A stretch of 64,000 bases of DNA, from NCBI GenBank assembly GCA_965200965.1, contig OZ241744.1, positions 3,296,001-3,360,000 of the forward strand. Direction: 5' to 3'. This document shows positions 1-10,210 of this stretch, one piece after another; position 1 is the first letter of the stretch, and each line of letters opens with the position of its first letter. A program made the position numbers and the translations under genes. Origin of the DNA: an uncultured Candidatus Binatia bacterium (GTDB taxonomy: Bacteria; Desulfobacterota; Binatia; Bin18). The notes below the pieces were generated by a model. The model was given only the letters and a program-made list of their open reading frames with translations. It searched no databases and was not told where the DNA came from.

Positions 1-2
1 TG

Positions 3-143
3 GCCCTGGTCCCGCCCTGGTACGACGTTGACAGGCCGCAGGACCTGCCCCGACTGGTGCGCGATGCACAAGAGCGGGCCGGCGGACCGGACGACGCGCC
101 CAGAACACGGCGAGCGCTGGCGCGGCTGGGGGTGACAAAATAA
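3..143 (+). CDS. 3' end of a probable DUF2064/TIGR04282-like (CofC-related) transferase, truncated by the window edge
   Basis: Frame 3 reads ALVPPWYDVDRPQDLPRL...GVTK* (TAA at 141-143). WYDVDxxxDL is the typical C-terminal motif of this family. Confidence 0.55.
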   Translation, partial: ALVPPWYDVDRPQDLPRLVRDAQERAGGPDDAPRTRRALARLGVTK

Positions 144-155
144 GGAGGGAAGACA

Positions 156-1316
156 ATGGCGGGCTGTTTAGACGGTATCAAGGTCCTGGATATGGGGCGC
201 TACCAAGCCGGGCCGCGCTGCGCCATGATGCTGGGTGATCTGGGCGCGGAGGTGGTCAAGCTGGAGGCCCCAGGCGGGGATGAATCGCGCGGCATCGGCA
301 AGGTCTACTGGTCGGTCTATAACCGGGGCAAAAAGAGCATCACGCTCAATGTGCGCAGCGAGCGGGGGATTGCCCTGATTAAGGAACTCGTTCCTACCTT
401 TGACATGCTGCTCCAGAACTTCCGACCGGGGGTAATGGAGGCGATGGGTCTGGGCTATGAGACACTCAAACATCTGAATCCGGGCCTGATTCTGATCAAT
501 GTGTCCGGTTTTGGCCAGGACGGGCCGTACAAACACCGACCCGCCTATGACCCGGTCGGCCAAGCCATGTCCGGGCTGATGAGCTTGACCGGCTTTCCCG
601 ACGGGCCGCCGGTGATGACCAACTCGCCCATCATTGACCGCATGACCGCTCTGCACGCCACAATTGGGGCACTGGGGGCTTTGCACCGGCGTGATGTCAC
701 CGGCCAGGGCCAGTCGCTCGACGTGTGTTTGCTGGATACGGGTTATACGCTGATGGAGATTCCGATTGTCAACTACCTGCTGACCGGCAAAGCGCCCCGG
801 CGAAACGGCAACAGCCCCGGCGGCATCTCGCCCTGTAACGCCTATCAGGCCAAAGACGGCTGGGTCTATATTCTGGCCGTGCCCCAGGACATGTTCGTCC
901 GCTTCTGCAAGGGCCTTGGACGAGAAGATTTGCTGGCCGACGGGCGGTTTGCGAGCATTGCCGGGCGGGGCAAACACGCCGAGGAGATTGACGCCGTGGT
1001 TGCCGAATGGGTCAAAGGCCGAAGCGTGGCAGAAGTCAGCGCTGTTCTGGAGCGGGCCGAGGTGCCCTTTGCGCCGGTCCATTCCATTGCCCAAGCGGCC
1101 ACCGACCCGCATCTGTGGCAGCGCCGGATGTTGGTCGAAATTGAGGATCAGGGCGACAAGACCTATGTCCCCGGGCTGACTGTCAAATACTCCGAGACGC
1201 CCGGGGCGATTGGGAGGATTCCCCAACCCGGCGAGCATAACGAAGAGGTCTATTGCGGCCGGCTGGGCTATACGCCTGAAGACTTGGCCGGCTGGCGAGA
1301 GGCCGGGGTGATTTAG
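156..1316 (+). CDS. CaiB/BaiF family III CoA-transferase
   Basis: LDGIKVLD, AGP..AMMLGDLGAEVVKLE, NRGKKSITLN, NFRPG, SGFGQDGPY..RPAYD motifs; AGGAGG RBS upstream. Confidence 0.93.
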   Translation: MAGCLDGIKVLDMGRYQAGPRCAMMLGDLGAEVVKLEAPGGDESRGIGKVYWSVYNRGKKSITLNVRSERGIALIKELVPTFDMLLQNFRPGVMEAMGLGYETLKHLNPGLILINVSGFGQDGPYKHRPAYDPVGQAMSGLMSLTGFPDGPPVMTNSPIIDRMTALHATIGALGALHRRDVTGQGQSLDVCLLDTGYTLMEIPIVNYLLTGKAPRRNGNSPGGISPCNAYQAKDGWVYILAVPQDMFVRFCKGLGREDLLADGRFASIAGRGKHAEEIDAVVAEWVKGRSVAEVSAVLERAEVPFAPVHSIAQAATDPHLWQRRMLVEIEDQGDKTYVPGLTVKYSETPGAIGRIPQPGEHNEEVYCGRLGYTPEDLAGWREAGVI

Positions 1317-1345
1317 CGGCGGAATGTGGCGCAGGGAGGGCAGCT

Positions 1346-2680
1346 TCACGCCGTGCTGTCTGTGGCCGGGCTGGGCCGCGGGGATGAACGCAGTGTGAGC
1401 AGCGCGATCTCGGGGGCAATCCCCAGGCGCATCGGATAGCCGTAAAAACCGACGCAGCGGGTGACAAACATGCGCATATCTCCCCGCTGAAAGATCCCCT
1501 GGTCCGGGATGCCGAGCATCCCGACTACCGACACAAGCGTGTCCTGACCGAGCTGGATGCCGACATGTCCGCCGTGGGTATGACCGGACAGGACCAAGTC
1601 CGCGCAGTTGTTCGGCAGGAGGGCAAACCCGCGCGGGTCATGGTTCAGCAGGAGGCGGGGTGCCTGGGGAGGCCAGGCGTGCAGAACTTTGGCATACCGC
1701 TCGGCAGGGCTACCGGGGAGGCGCAGGAAGTAATCCAGGCCCACGACTTCCAGGCGGTGGCCGTCGATGGACAGGCTGACCAGTTCGTTGCGCAAGGTAG
1801 TGACCCCGGCTTGGTGGAGCAAAGAGACGAGGCGGGCCGGGTTATCAAAATCGTGGTTGCCCAGGCAGGCCCATTGTCCATACGGGGCTCGAATCTGGGC
1901 CAGGGCTTCGTATAAGGGGATATCAAAGTCGCCGACCCGGTGGGTCAAAAAATCGCCGGTGTGGAGCACGACATCGGCTTTGGCGCTATTGGTCAGGCTG
2001 GCCATATGCAGCAAACGCCGGCGATTCATATACCCCCCGACATGGATGTCGGACAGATGGGCAACGCGCAGGCCGTCCAGGGCTGGCGGCCAGTGGGGCA
2101 GAACAAGTTCCCGCTCTTCGACCTGAAAGTCATACGAGGTCTTCATGCCTGAGGCGGAAAACGCAAAGGGCGTGGCCACGCCGAGGGCACCGGCCTGCTG
2201 AAGAAACCGCCGGCGGTCGGGCGAGAGCAGGTCGGCCGGAGCGGAGGGGTGAAAGAGCCGTTGCAGACCACGCCGGCCGAGCGTCCAGCCATCGAGGCCC
2301 AGATAGCCGAAGGACAGCAACAGATGGGCGCTGTACCAGATTGCGCCGAGCCAGGAGATGCCGGGTGCATGCAGGACCGGCAGCTCGTCGCTCCAGCGGG
2401 CGGTCAGAAACTGGGCGGCCAGAATGGCGTCGCAGCCAAGGCCGAACCAGAGAGCGAACTGGGGGAATTTGCGGGCCGACCCCCAGACCCGCTCAAGGCC
2501 GGCGTGGAGCCGCAGCCGGGCATACGAAAACGGCACAAAGCCGACCGGCACAAACAGGCTGAAATACAGCGCCCGGCGGTAGAACAAGAGGCCCGTCACC
2601 AGGACGCCCAGGATGAGAAACAGGTTCAGGGCATACTGCCAGCGGCGGAGCCGACGATAGCTGGCTGAGACTTCGGTCAT
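1346..2680 (-). CDS. Membrane-anchored metallophosphoesterase (YkuE/YaeI-like)
   Basis: N-terminal TM helices, an RRRFL segment, and SDIHVG, TGDF, LGNHD, NHDP and SGHTHGG motifs. Confidence 0.9.
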   Translation of the reverse strand: MTEVSASYRRLRRWQYALNLFLILGVLVTGLLFYRRALYFSLFVPVGFVPFSYARLRLHAGLERVWGSARKFPQFALWFGLGCDAILAAQFLTARWSDELPVLHAPGISWLGAIWYSAHLLLSFGYLGLDGWTLGRRGLQRLFHPSAPADLLSPDRRRFLQQAGALGVATPFAFSASGMKTSYDFQVEERELVLPHWPPALDGLRVAHLSDIHVGGYMNRRRLLHMASLTNSAKADVVLHTGDFLTHRVGDFDIPLYEALAQIRAPYGQWACLGNHDFDNPARLVSLLHQAGVTTLRNELVSLSIDGHRLEVVGLDYFLRLPGSPAERYAKVLHAWPPQAPRLLLNHDPRGFALLPNNCADLVLSGHTHGGHVGIQLGQDTLVSVVGMLGIPDQGIFQRGDMRMFVTRCVGFYGYPMRLGIAPEIALLTLRSSPRPSPATDSTA

Positions 2681-2754
2681 GGCCGTTTCACCTGAGCGCG
2701 CCGCTTGAGAGCCTTGAAACAGGAGCGCCGTGCTCCCAGAGCAATCCTGACCCG

Positions 2755-3144
2755 CTAGGACCAGGCGTCTATATCAAACCCGTCCGGCAGGGGGACAAAG
2801 AAGACGCTGGCCGGCCCGCCAAGGGTCCGCGTGGTATGCCCTTTGCCGGTCAGGTCGTCGGCCAGAAAGGCTTGGCCGGCCTGCCACTGCCGGGTCTGCC
2901 CGTCGGTCGTGCCGACTTCGATCGTGCCCGACAGCACGATGACGATCTGCCGCTGGGGAGCGTTATGCCAGGTCTGGGACATGCCGGCCGGCAGTTCGAC
3001 AAAGCGGACCGCGGGAGAGGCGTAGGCCCTGGACAGCATCAGGGTATGGCCGTCCGCGTCCTCTTGCGGGCTGTCAATCGGAATGTTGAGGGCCATGAAC
3101 CGTGAGCCCCCTTCGTCGGTGGCGTAAAAACGGGTGATCTTCAC
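2755..3144 (-). CDS. Cupin-domain protein
   Basis: GTG start overlaps the upstream stop (GTGA); WHNAPQRQ and DLTGKGHTT cupin motifs. Confidence 0.8.
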   Translation of the reverse strand: MKITRFYATDEGGSRFMALNIPIDSPQEDADGHTLMLSRAYASPAVRFVELPAGMSQTWHNAPQRQIVIVLSGTIEVGTTDGQTRQWQAGQAFLADDLTGKGHTTRTLGGPASVFFVPLPDGFDIDAWS

Positions 3145-4364
3145 CTTGGCCCTCCTTGCAGGTCTGTTGAGTCGGGCTGAATCGGATACAGCTTCAGGGC
3201 GTTGTCCCACATGATTTTCTTTTTGCTGGCGTCTGAGACGCCCTCAAGGTCCATGAGTTCTTTCACCGCCCAGGCGTACTGGCGGCCTTCGGGATGGCCA
3301 AAGTCGGTCGCGGTCACGATATTATCATCGCCCAGCAGATCAATCGTGTGTTTGATGCCCGGGTCGTCCGGGTCGGCCGAGATGTAACACTGGCGCTGGA
3401 AGTACTCAATCGGGTGCCTGGTCAGGCCGGGAATGTCGAGGCCGCGAAAGCCGCCCTGTACGCTGGCCCCCAGTCGGTCGAGCCAGAACGGCACCCAGCC
3501 GGCCCCGGATTCCAGATGGACCACTCGCATGGCCGGATGCCGTTCCAGCACGCCGCCCATGATGAGCGAGGTGCAGGCCAGCATATTGCCAATTGTGAAG
3601 GCGACGGTGGTCTGGGCCGAGCGCAGCCGCGGAATATAGTGATACAGCATGTCGTCGGCCGCGGTACCGGTGCCGGTATGGACGGCCAGCGGCACGTCAA
3701 GGTCTTCAAGAGCGTTCCACAGCGGCTCGTAGAACTCGTCGTACAGCCGATGCGGACCGACCGGGACCGGATTGATATGGATGGCTTTGAAGCCGAGGTC
3801 TGTGACGCATCGCCGGGCCTCGCGAGCCGCCTCCTCGGCATCACGCAGGTCTACCGAGCCGGCCCCGAACACCTTGCCGCCGGCCGCCGAACAGAAGTCG
3901 GACAGCCAGTTGTTATACGCCCGGCGGTAGGCGGCCGCGGTATCGGCGGCCATGTTGGGGACGGCGACTGACAGCAGCCCGGCTGAGGGGTAGACGACCA
4001 TGTAGTCGATCCCGGTCCGTTCCATAGCCAGGGGGTACATTTCGGGGGGGAAGTTGTGTTTAGCAAACTCGGCGTAGGCTTCGTCCTGGCCTGGCAGCGT
4101 GACCCTTACTCCAGGATCAAACGAGGCCGGCCCCATTGCGCTGGGGTCAATCGGGTCGCGGCCAAAGGGCATGGTGTAGGCACCGCCATCAGGGTTGGGA
4201 ACGGACAGCTCAAAGCGGAAGGCCAGCGGCTCGCCGTCGTAGACCGACCAGGCTTTGGGCATCTGGTCGTGAAACGCGGGGTCAAGATAGCGCTCGAACA
4301 TGTCGTTTGGTTCGAGAATATGGGCGTCGCTGTCAATAAAGCGGAATCTCTGTGGCACGCGCAT
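3141..4364 (-). CDS. Amidohydrolase_2 family protein
   Basis: IDSDAHILEP, AYNNWL, LESGAGW and TDFGHPE motifs. Confidence 0.9.
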   Translation of the reverse strand: MRVPQRFRFIDSDAHILEPNDMFERYLDPAFHDQMPKAWSVYDGEPLAFRFELSVPNPDGGAYTMPFGRDPIDPSAMGPASFDPGVRVTLPGQDEAYAEFAKHNFPPEMYPLAMERTGIDYMVVYPSAGLLSVAVPNMAADTAAAYRRAYNNWLSDFCSAAGGKVFGAGSVDLRDAEEAAREARRCVTDLGFKAIHINPVPVGPHRLYDEFYEPLWNALEDLDVPLAVHTGTGTAADDMLYHYIPRLRSAQTTVAFTIGNMLACTSLIMGGVLERHPAMRVVHLESGAGWVPFWLDRLGASVQGGFRGLDIPGLTRHPIEYFQRQCYISADPDDPGIKHTIDLLGDDNIVTATDFGHPEGRQYAWAVKELMDLEGVSDASKKKIMWDNALKLYPIQPDSTDLQGGPR

Positions 4365-4480
4365 CCTCCTCGTGAAACCTGGACGGGGTCAACCGGACTG
4401 TACCATCGTGGGCGCGTGGGCTGCAAGAAAGGGCAAGCGCTGCCGGGCTGGGACGGGCCGGCTCACGATGAGGGGTCCGC

Positions 4481-6070
4481 TCAGTTCTCAGCATGGCCCT
4501 CAAACTCACAGCTCAGCCCCGTCCGTCCCAGCTTGCGCCGCACCTCATCGAGCCCCAGCCGAAAATAGACCGGGCGGTTATGGGCACAGGCATGGGGGTT
4601 GGCGGTCTGCGTCCAGGCCGTGAGCAGGTGTTCTTGCCTCTCGCGTGTCAGGGTGTGCCCGGCTTTGAGCGCAGCCAGGCAGGACAGGGCCTGTTTGATA
4701 TCTTCTTTTGCGCTGCGCAGGCGGCTCAGCAGCCGCGAAAAAATCAGCCCTGAGGATTGGGGCTCAAGAAAATCCGGTATGCCTCGCACGGCCAGGACCC
4801 GTGGCCCGAAGGCGTCGAGGGAAAAGCCGCAGGCTGTCAGGGCTTCGGCGTTGGCATTGACAAGAGCCTGTTCGTCAATTGACAGGTTCACCACCTGGGG
4901 GGCAATCAAGCGCTTGGTGTGGGCCCGCCCGTCTTGTAGCTGTTCGTAGAAAACCCGCTCCTCAGCCGCGTGCTGATCCAGCAGGTATAAATGCCCTTCA
5001 GACAGGGTGAGCAGAAAGGTGTTTTCAATCTGACCGACTAGCGAGAAGCCGTTGATTGACGCCCCGTCGTAGGCCGCGGAGGGTTCGGCAACGGCGTCTG
5101 TTTGCAGCCAGGCCGGACGCTGACGGTGGTCAAGGGCTGCCCGGACCAGGGTGTAGATGGCGTTCTCATCCCGGAACCGCACCTCGGTCTTGGCCGGATG
5201 GATGTTCACGTCAAGCTGGGAGGGGTGCAACTCAAGAAAGAGAAAGACCAGGCCACCCTCGCTCCCGCAGGCATCCCGGACGGCCCGGTAGAGCGTGCGG
5301 TTCCGAATCGGACGGCGGTTGACAAACAGATAATAGCGCCGTCGCCAGACTTCCTGGCTGGGGAGGACTGCTCCCCACACCCTGCCACTCAGCCCGGCGT
5401 TCTCCAGATCTTCCAGACCCGCGGTCGTCTCGCGGCCAAAGCATGCCGTCATCCGCTCTTGGAGCGAGCCGGGCTGGAAGGCATAGACCTCACGCCCGTC
5501 AAAGGACAGGGACAGGCTTTTGTCGGGAAAGGCCAGCGCAAAGCGGGTAAACGCGCCCAGAATATGGCCATACTCGGTACGCAGGCTGCGCATGAACCGG
5601 CGGCGGGCCGGCGTGTTGTAAAACACATCCCAGACCTCGACGCTGGTGCCGACCGGTGCTCCGGCTTCGCGGTGCGAGAGAAGCCGGCCGCCTTCGAGGC
5701 GGTGTTCGATTCCGAGCCGGGCCGTTCTTTGGCGGGTCAGCAGCCGCAGCCGAGAGACCGAGGCAATGCTGGGCAGGGCTTCCCCCCGAAAGCCGAAGGT
5801 CCGAAGCTGAGCGATGTCGGTGGCGGCGGCAATTTTACTCGTCGCAAAACGTTCACACGCCAGTCGGACATCCGTGGCGGCCATACCCGGCCCGTCGTCG
5901 GTGACTTTGATCAGCCGCCGTCCACCCTCTTGGACCTCAACCCGAATGGTGTCGGCCGCGGCATCCAGCGCGTTCTCGATGAGTTCTTTGACCACACTGG
6001 CCGGCCGCTCAATGACTTCGCCAGCGGCGATCTGTTGCTGAACGTCTGGGGGAAGGATGCGGATTATCAT
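4481..6070 (-). CDS. mutL: DNA mismatch repair endonuclease MutL (compact form)
   Basis: QIAAGEVIERPASVVKELIENALDA, FGFRGEAL, DVNIHPAKTEVRF, DQHAAEER and CAHNRP. Start reassigned to ATG 6070 (MIIRILPPD). Confidence 0.93.
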   Translation of the reverse strand: MIIRILPPDVQQQIAAGEVIERPASVVKELIENALDAAADTIRVEVQEGGRRLIKVTDDGPGMAATDVRLACERFATSKIAAATDIAQLRTFGFRGEALPSIASVSRLRLLTRQRTARLGIEHRLEGGRLLSHREAGAPVGTSVEVWDVFYNTPARRRFMRSLRTEYGHILGAFTRFALAFPDKSLSLSFDGREVYAFQPGSLQERMTACFGRETTAGLEDLENAGLSGRVWGAVLPSQEVWRRRYYLFVNRRPIRNRTLYRAVRDACGSEGGLVFLFLELHPSQLDVNIHPAKTEVRFRDENAIYTLVRAALDHRQRPAWLQTDAVAEPSAAYDGASINGFSLVGQIENTFLLTLSEGHLYLLDQHAAEERVFYEQLQDGRAHTKRLIAPQVVNLSIDEQALVNANAEALTACGFSLDAFGPRVLAVRGIPDFLEPQSSGLIFSRLLSRLRSAKEDIKQALSCLAALKAGHTLTRERQEHLLTAWTQTANPHACAHNRPVYFRLGLDEVRRKLGRTGLSCEFEGHAEN

Positions 6071-6219
6071 GAATAGCGGGGACAGCCTAGCAGAAAGCGG
6101 GCGGGCTGTCTGTGTTGTTTCAGGCAAGCCGTTGAAAAACCCTTGTCGAAAGATGCCAAGTGCGCTAGAACATATTCCTGCGTTCAAAAAATTGATTTGC
6201 CAGTTGAGGAGGAAGATCT

Positions 6220-7383
6220 ATGTCGTCCATCACCAACAATAAAGCGTTTCCCTATCCGGGTGCGATTGACGCCGACGGGCATATCCTTGAGACGCCCGAT
6301 GCCTGGGAGAAGTATATTGACCCCAAATACCAGGAGCAGGCCATGCGGATTACGATTGGCCCGGACGGGCTGGAAGTCCTGGAACTCGCCGGCCGGCCGG
6401 CCAAATACATGAAACCTGGCCAGTTGGCCGCGTTTGGCGGGATGGGTAAAACGCCCGAAGAGGTTGAGCCGCACCCCGACCGGACCTATGTCAATATGGC
6501 CCCCTTTGGTTCAATGGACCCCGCCCAACGCCTGCAACGCATGGACGCCGAGGGGCTGGACAAAGCGATCGTCTATCCCAGCCTGGGCCTGATTTGGGAG
6601 ACCGAAGACCTCGAAGACCTCGGACTCCAGGCCGCTTATGCCAGGGCCTACAACCGCTGGGTCGCCGACTTCTGCCGCGATTCATCCGGGCGTCTGGTGC
6701 CCATCGCTCACATTTCCTTCGGCGATCCCCAGGAAGCCGCCCGCGAGCTGGAACGGGCGGTCAAAGACGGCTGTCGGGGCGCTTTTGTCGTACCGTTTAC
6801 GCCCACTAACAAATCCCACGCCAACCCGGACTATGATCCCTTCTGGGCCAAAGCCCAGGAGCTTGACGTGCCGGTCGGCATTCATCCCAGCGGCGAGCCA
6901 CCGGCCAAGCGGGTCCACCAGCGTTTTCACGACATGCAGAAGTGGGCCATGTGGCATTTTAACGTCCACGGCGGTCAGGGGCCGCTCCAGGCCTTTACCG
7001 CGCTGTTTCAGTACGGTCTGTTTGAGCGCTTCCCGCAGGTGAAGATCATCGTGCTGGAGTCCGGCGCGGGCTGGGCGGGCTATTTGCTCAACCGGATGGA
7101 CGCGGTGTACGACAGCCCGCTGGGTGAATCTGTGCCGCTCAAAGAAAAGCCCAGCTATTATTTTCAGCGCCAGTGTTGGATCTCGGGTGACCCCGACGAG
7201 AAGGCGTTTGGCAATGTGGTGGAGTTTGTCGGCAATGACAAATTTTTCTGGGCCTCGGATTTCCCCCACTTTGACCATCCCGACAACTACATGGACGAGC
7301 TGTTAGAGTTGGTCGAGCCGATGGGTGCCGAGACCCGACGCAAGGTCATTGGCGAGAATGTCGCCCAGGTGTACGGCTTATAG
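6220..7383 (+). CDS. Amidohydrolase_2 family protein
   Basis: IDADGHILE, AYNRWVAD, LESGAGW and WASDFPHFD; RBS GAGGAGG. Confidence 0.9.
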   Translation: MSSITNNKAFPYPGAIDADGHILETPDAWEKYIDPKYQEQAMRITIGPDGLEVLELAGRPAKYMKPGQLAAFGGMGKTPEEVEPHPDRTYVNMAPFGSMDPAQRLQRMDAEGLDKAIVYPSLGLIWETEDLEDLGLQAAYARAYNRWVADFCRDSSGRLVPIAHISFGDPQEAARELERAVKDGCRGAFVVPFTPTNKSHANPDYDPFWAKAQELDVPVGIHPSGEPPAKRVHQRFHDMQKWAMWHFNVHGGQGPLQAFTALFQYGLFERFPQVKIIVLESGAGWAGYLLNRMDAVYDSPLGESVPLKEKPSYYFQRQCWISGDPDEKAFGNVVEFVGNDKFFWASDFPHFDHPDNYMDELLELVEPMGAETRRKVIGENVAQVYGL

Positions 7384-7399
7384 GCCGTAACTTCCTCAG

Positions 7400-7426
7400 C
7401 GTCCCTCTCCCGCGTGGAGAGGGACG
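7400..7426. terminator. Inverted repeat between convergent genes (bidirectional terminator or REP-like palindrome)
   Basis: CGTCCCTCTCC-cgcgt-GGAGAGGGACG, an 11-bp perfect stem. Confidence 0.6.
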
Positions 7427-7491
7427 AAGGAGAATCCGTTACCCCGCCGCCATCTGCCGCTTGATAGTCGGCTTATGGCAATCCCCTCTCC

Positions 7492-10119
7492 CTAAATTTC
7501 TCCCTCGGCCAGCTTCTTCAACTCGGCCAACACCCGCAAGGCATCGAGCGGGGTGGTGTGCAGCGGGTCAATCCTGGCCAGTCGGGCCAGGACCGGCTGC
7601 GCGTCCTGAGAAGGCATTCGACCATTCTTCGTGAGCCCCGCGGGACCGGCCTCTGCCACATATACGTCTGTGTTCCGGTCCGTTTGCCAGTTCCGCAGCA
7701 AATCCCTGGCCCGCTGCACAACAGGCGAGGGCAAACCGGCCATCTGAGCCACATATACCCCGTAACTCTTCTGGGCCGCGCCGGGCGCGACGGTATATAG
7801 AAACATCACCTCGTCCTGTTCTTCCCGGACGGCCAGGCGGGCATTGGCAATCCCCGGAATAGCGTCTGCCAGGCCGGCCAGCTCGTGATAGTGGGTGGTG
7901 AACAGCGTTTTGGCCCTGATCTCCTGAGCAAGGTTTTCGGCCACGGCTTGGGCAATGGCCTGTCCGTCCGAGGTGCCGGTGCCGCGCCCGACTTCGTCAA
8001 GGACGACCAAACTCCTGGCGGTTGCCTGACGCAGGATGTTGGCCGTTTCGGTCATCTCGACCATAAAGGTTGACAGCCCCTGGGCTAGAAAGTCGGTCGC
8101 TCCGACCCGGGTGAAAATCCGGTCAACCACACCGATTGTGGCCGCTTCGGCCGGCACAAAGCTGCCGATCTGAGCCAACACCACCAGCAGCGCTGTTTGG
8201 CGCACATAGGTGCTTTTGCCGGCCGCATTCGGGCCGGTCAGCAGCAACAGGTGGGTGCGTTCGTCCAAGCTCAGATCGTTGGGAACAAAGGTCTCGGTCT
8301 GGGTTTCAAGAACCGGATGCCGGCCTTGGGTGATGGATAGGGCGTAGTCTTGGCTGATCTGAGGCTGGACCCAGCCCTTTTTGCTGGCGACCTCGGCAAA
8401 CGCGCACAGCAGGTCAAGCAGACCGAGCGTGTGGGCAGTCTGGCGGAGCCGGTCGGCCTGAGCCGCGACATGGCGGCGTAGCGCGCTGAACAGCTCATAT
8501 TCGAGCTCTTTACCCCTGTCGGCGGCCGACAGCATCTTGTCCTCAAAGCGGTGGAGGGCGGGAGTGATAAACCGCTCGGCGTTGACCAGGGTTTGCCGCC
8601 GGGTGTAGGTTTTGGGGACCAGATTGAGGTGGGATTTTGTCACTTCAAGATAATAACCGAACACCCGGTTGAAGCCGACTTTCAGGTTGGGGATCGTCGT
8701 GCGCTTGCGTTCTTGCTGCTCATAGCGGGCCAGCCAGCCGCTTCCGTCGGTCTGGATGGTCCGCAGTTCGTCCAGGTCGGCGCTTACCCCGTCCCGAATC
8801 AGGCCGCCCTCTTTGGCCCCGGCTTTGGGCTCCTCAACCAAGACCCGCCGGATTTCGGCCTGGATATCCTCCAAGGGATCGAGCCCCCGGTGCAGCTCAG
8901 CCAGCAGCCCGGTGGGCAGTCTGGACAGTACGGCGCGGATATCGGCCAACGGAGCCAGCGAGCTCGCTAGGGCCGCCAGGTCGCGCGGCGTGGCAATGGC
9001 AGAGGTCGTGCGCGAGGTCAGGCGTTCGAGATCCAGAATTTTTGCCAGCCCGGTCTGTATGTCGGTGCGTGTCTGCTGCTGAGCAAGCAGCACGGCGACC
9101 GCCTCCTGACGCTGGCGTATGGCGTCCACCGAGCGGAGCGGGTGTAGCAGGCAGTGGCGAAGACGGCGGTGGCCCATACGGGTTTTGGAGGCGTCAAGGA
9201 CCGACAACAGCGACCCGTGCGGGCCGCCTTCCAGCAGGTTTTCGACCAGCTCAAGGTTGCGCTGGGTCTGGGGGTCGAGAAAGACAAAAGCCTCGCTGTG
9301 GTAGACTTGGGGGGTTTTGAGGTGGGGAAGAAAAGCCTGCTGGGTGTCGGTTACATAGGCTAGCACAGCGCCGGCCGCGGTCAGAGCATTCGGGTGCGAG
9401 GCAGCCAGCGGCGCGATGTGGGTCTGGCCAAAGCTGCGGGCCAGGGTTTTGCGGGCTGCGGACAGACGAAAATCCGTTTCCGGCCGCTGGGTGACATACG
9501 CCTGAGTCTGCCAGTTGGCGTTGTCGAGTTCGGCCGTTCGCAGAAGTATTTCCTGGGCTGGAAATTTTGCCAGCAGGCCGGGCAGCTTGGCCCAGTTTGT
9601 CTCGGCCAGCACAAACTCCCCGGTGGCCAGGGCCAGGAAGGCTAGGCCGACCCGGTCCGCGGAGTCGGAAAACAGAGCTGCCAGGCTGCGCTCCGCGCCG
9701 CTGGTCTCAAACAGTGTGCCCGGGGTGACAACCCGGACGACCTCGCGCCGGATCAGCCCCCGTCCCCTGTGCGGTCCTTCGATCTGTTCACAGATAGCAA
9801 CCTTAAAGCCTTTTTCAACCAGGCGGCTGAGATAGGTGTCAAGCCGGTAATGGGGCACGCCACACATGGGGACCCGTTCGGCATTTTTGCTCTGGGGCCG
9901 CCAGGTCAGGGTAATGTCGAGGGCGCGGGCGGCAACAGTCGCATCGTCGTAAAACATCTCATAGAAATCGCCAAACCGAAAAAAAACCAGCGCCTCTTGG
10001 TGCTGGGCTTTGACTCGGCGGTATTGGGCCATCATGTCCGTCTTGGGACTGGGGGCGGTGGCGTGGGGCTGTTGCTGTGTCACTCTGCCGGCCTGCTGGC
10101 TTGAAACATTGTTTCCCAT
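7492..10119 (-). CDS. mutS: DNA mismatch repair protein MutS
   Basis: FFRFGDFYEMF, PMCGVP, VVRVVTPGT, GRHPVLE, TGPNAAGKSTY, STFMVEM, DEVGRGT and TTHYHEL. Confidence 0.97.
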   Translation of the reverse strand: MGNNVSSQQAGRVTQQQPHATAPSPKTDMMAQYRRVKAQHQEALVFFRFGDFYEMFYDDATVAARALDITLTWRPQSKNAERVPMCGVPHYRLDTYLSRLVEKGFKVAICEQIEGPHRGRGLIRREVVRVVTPGTLFETSGAERSLAALFSDSADRVGLAFLALATGEFVLAETNWAKLPGLLAKFPAQEILLRTAELDNANWQTQAYVTQRPETDFRLSAARKTLARSFGQTHIAPLAASHPNALTAAGAVLAYVTDTQQAFLPHLKTPQVYHSEAFVFLDPQTQRNLELVENLLEGGPHGSLLSVLDASKTRMGHRRLRHCLLHPLRSVDAIRQRQEAVAVLLAQQQTRTDIQTGLAKILDLERLTSRTTSAIATPRDLAALASSLAPLADIRAVLSRLPTGLLAELHRGLDPLEDIQAEIRRVLVEEPKAGAKEGGLIRDGVSADLDELRTIQTDGSGWLARYEQQERKRTTIPNLKVGFNRVFGYYLEVTKSHLNLVPKTYTRRQTLVNAERFITPALHRFEDKMLSAADRGKELEYELFSALRRHVAAQADRLRQTAHTLGLLDLLCAFAEVASKKGWVQPQISQDYALSITQGRHPVLETQTETFVPNDLSLDERTHLLLLTGPNAAGKSTYVRQTALLVVLAQIGSFVPAEAATIGVVDRIFTRVGATDFLAQGLSTFMVEMTETANILRQATARSLVVLDEVGRGTGTSDGQAIAQAVAENLAQEIRAKTLFTTHYHELAGLADAIPGIANARLAVREEQDEVMFLYTVAPGAAQKSYGVYVAQMAGLPSPVVQRARDLLRNWQTDRNTDVYVAEAGPAGLTKNGRMPSQDAQPVLARLARIDPLHTTPLDALRVLAELKKLAEGEI

Positions 10120-10210
10120 CCAACAATGGAGACAAAGCGCATGGCGTGCAAGAGGCGTTGCCGGACGCCGACAGCTAGGCTAGAAGAACCTGGAAACAGG
10201 AGGATAGGCT

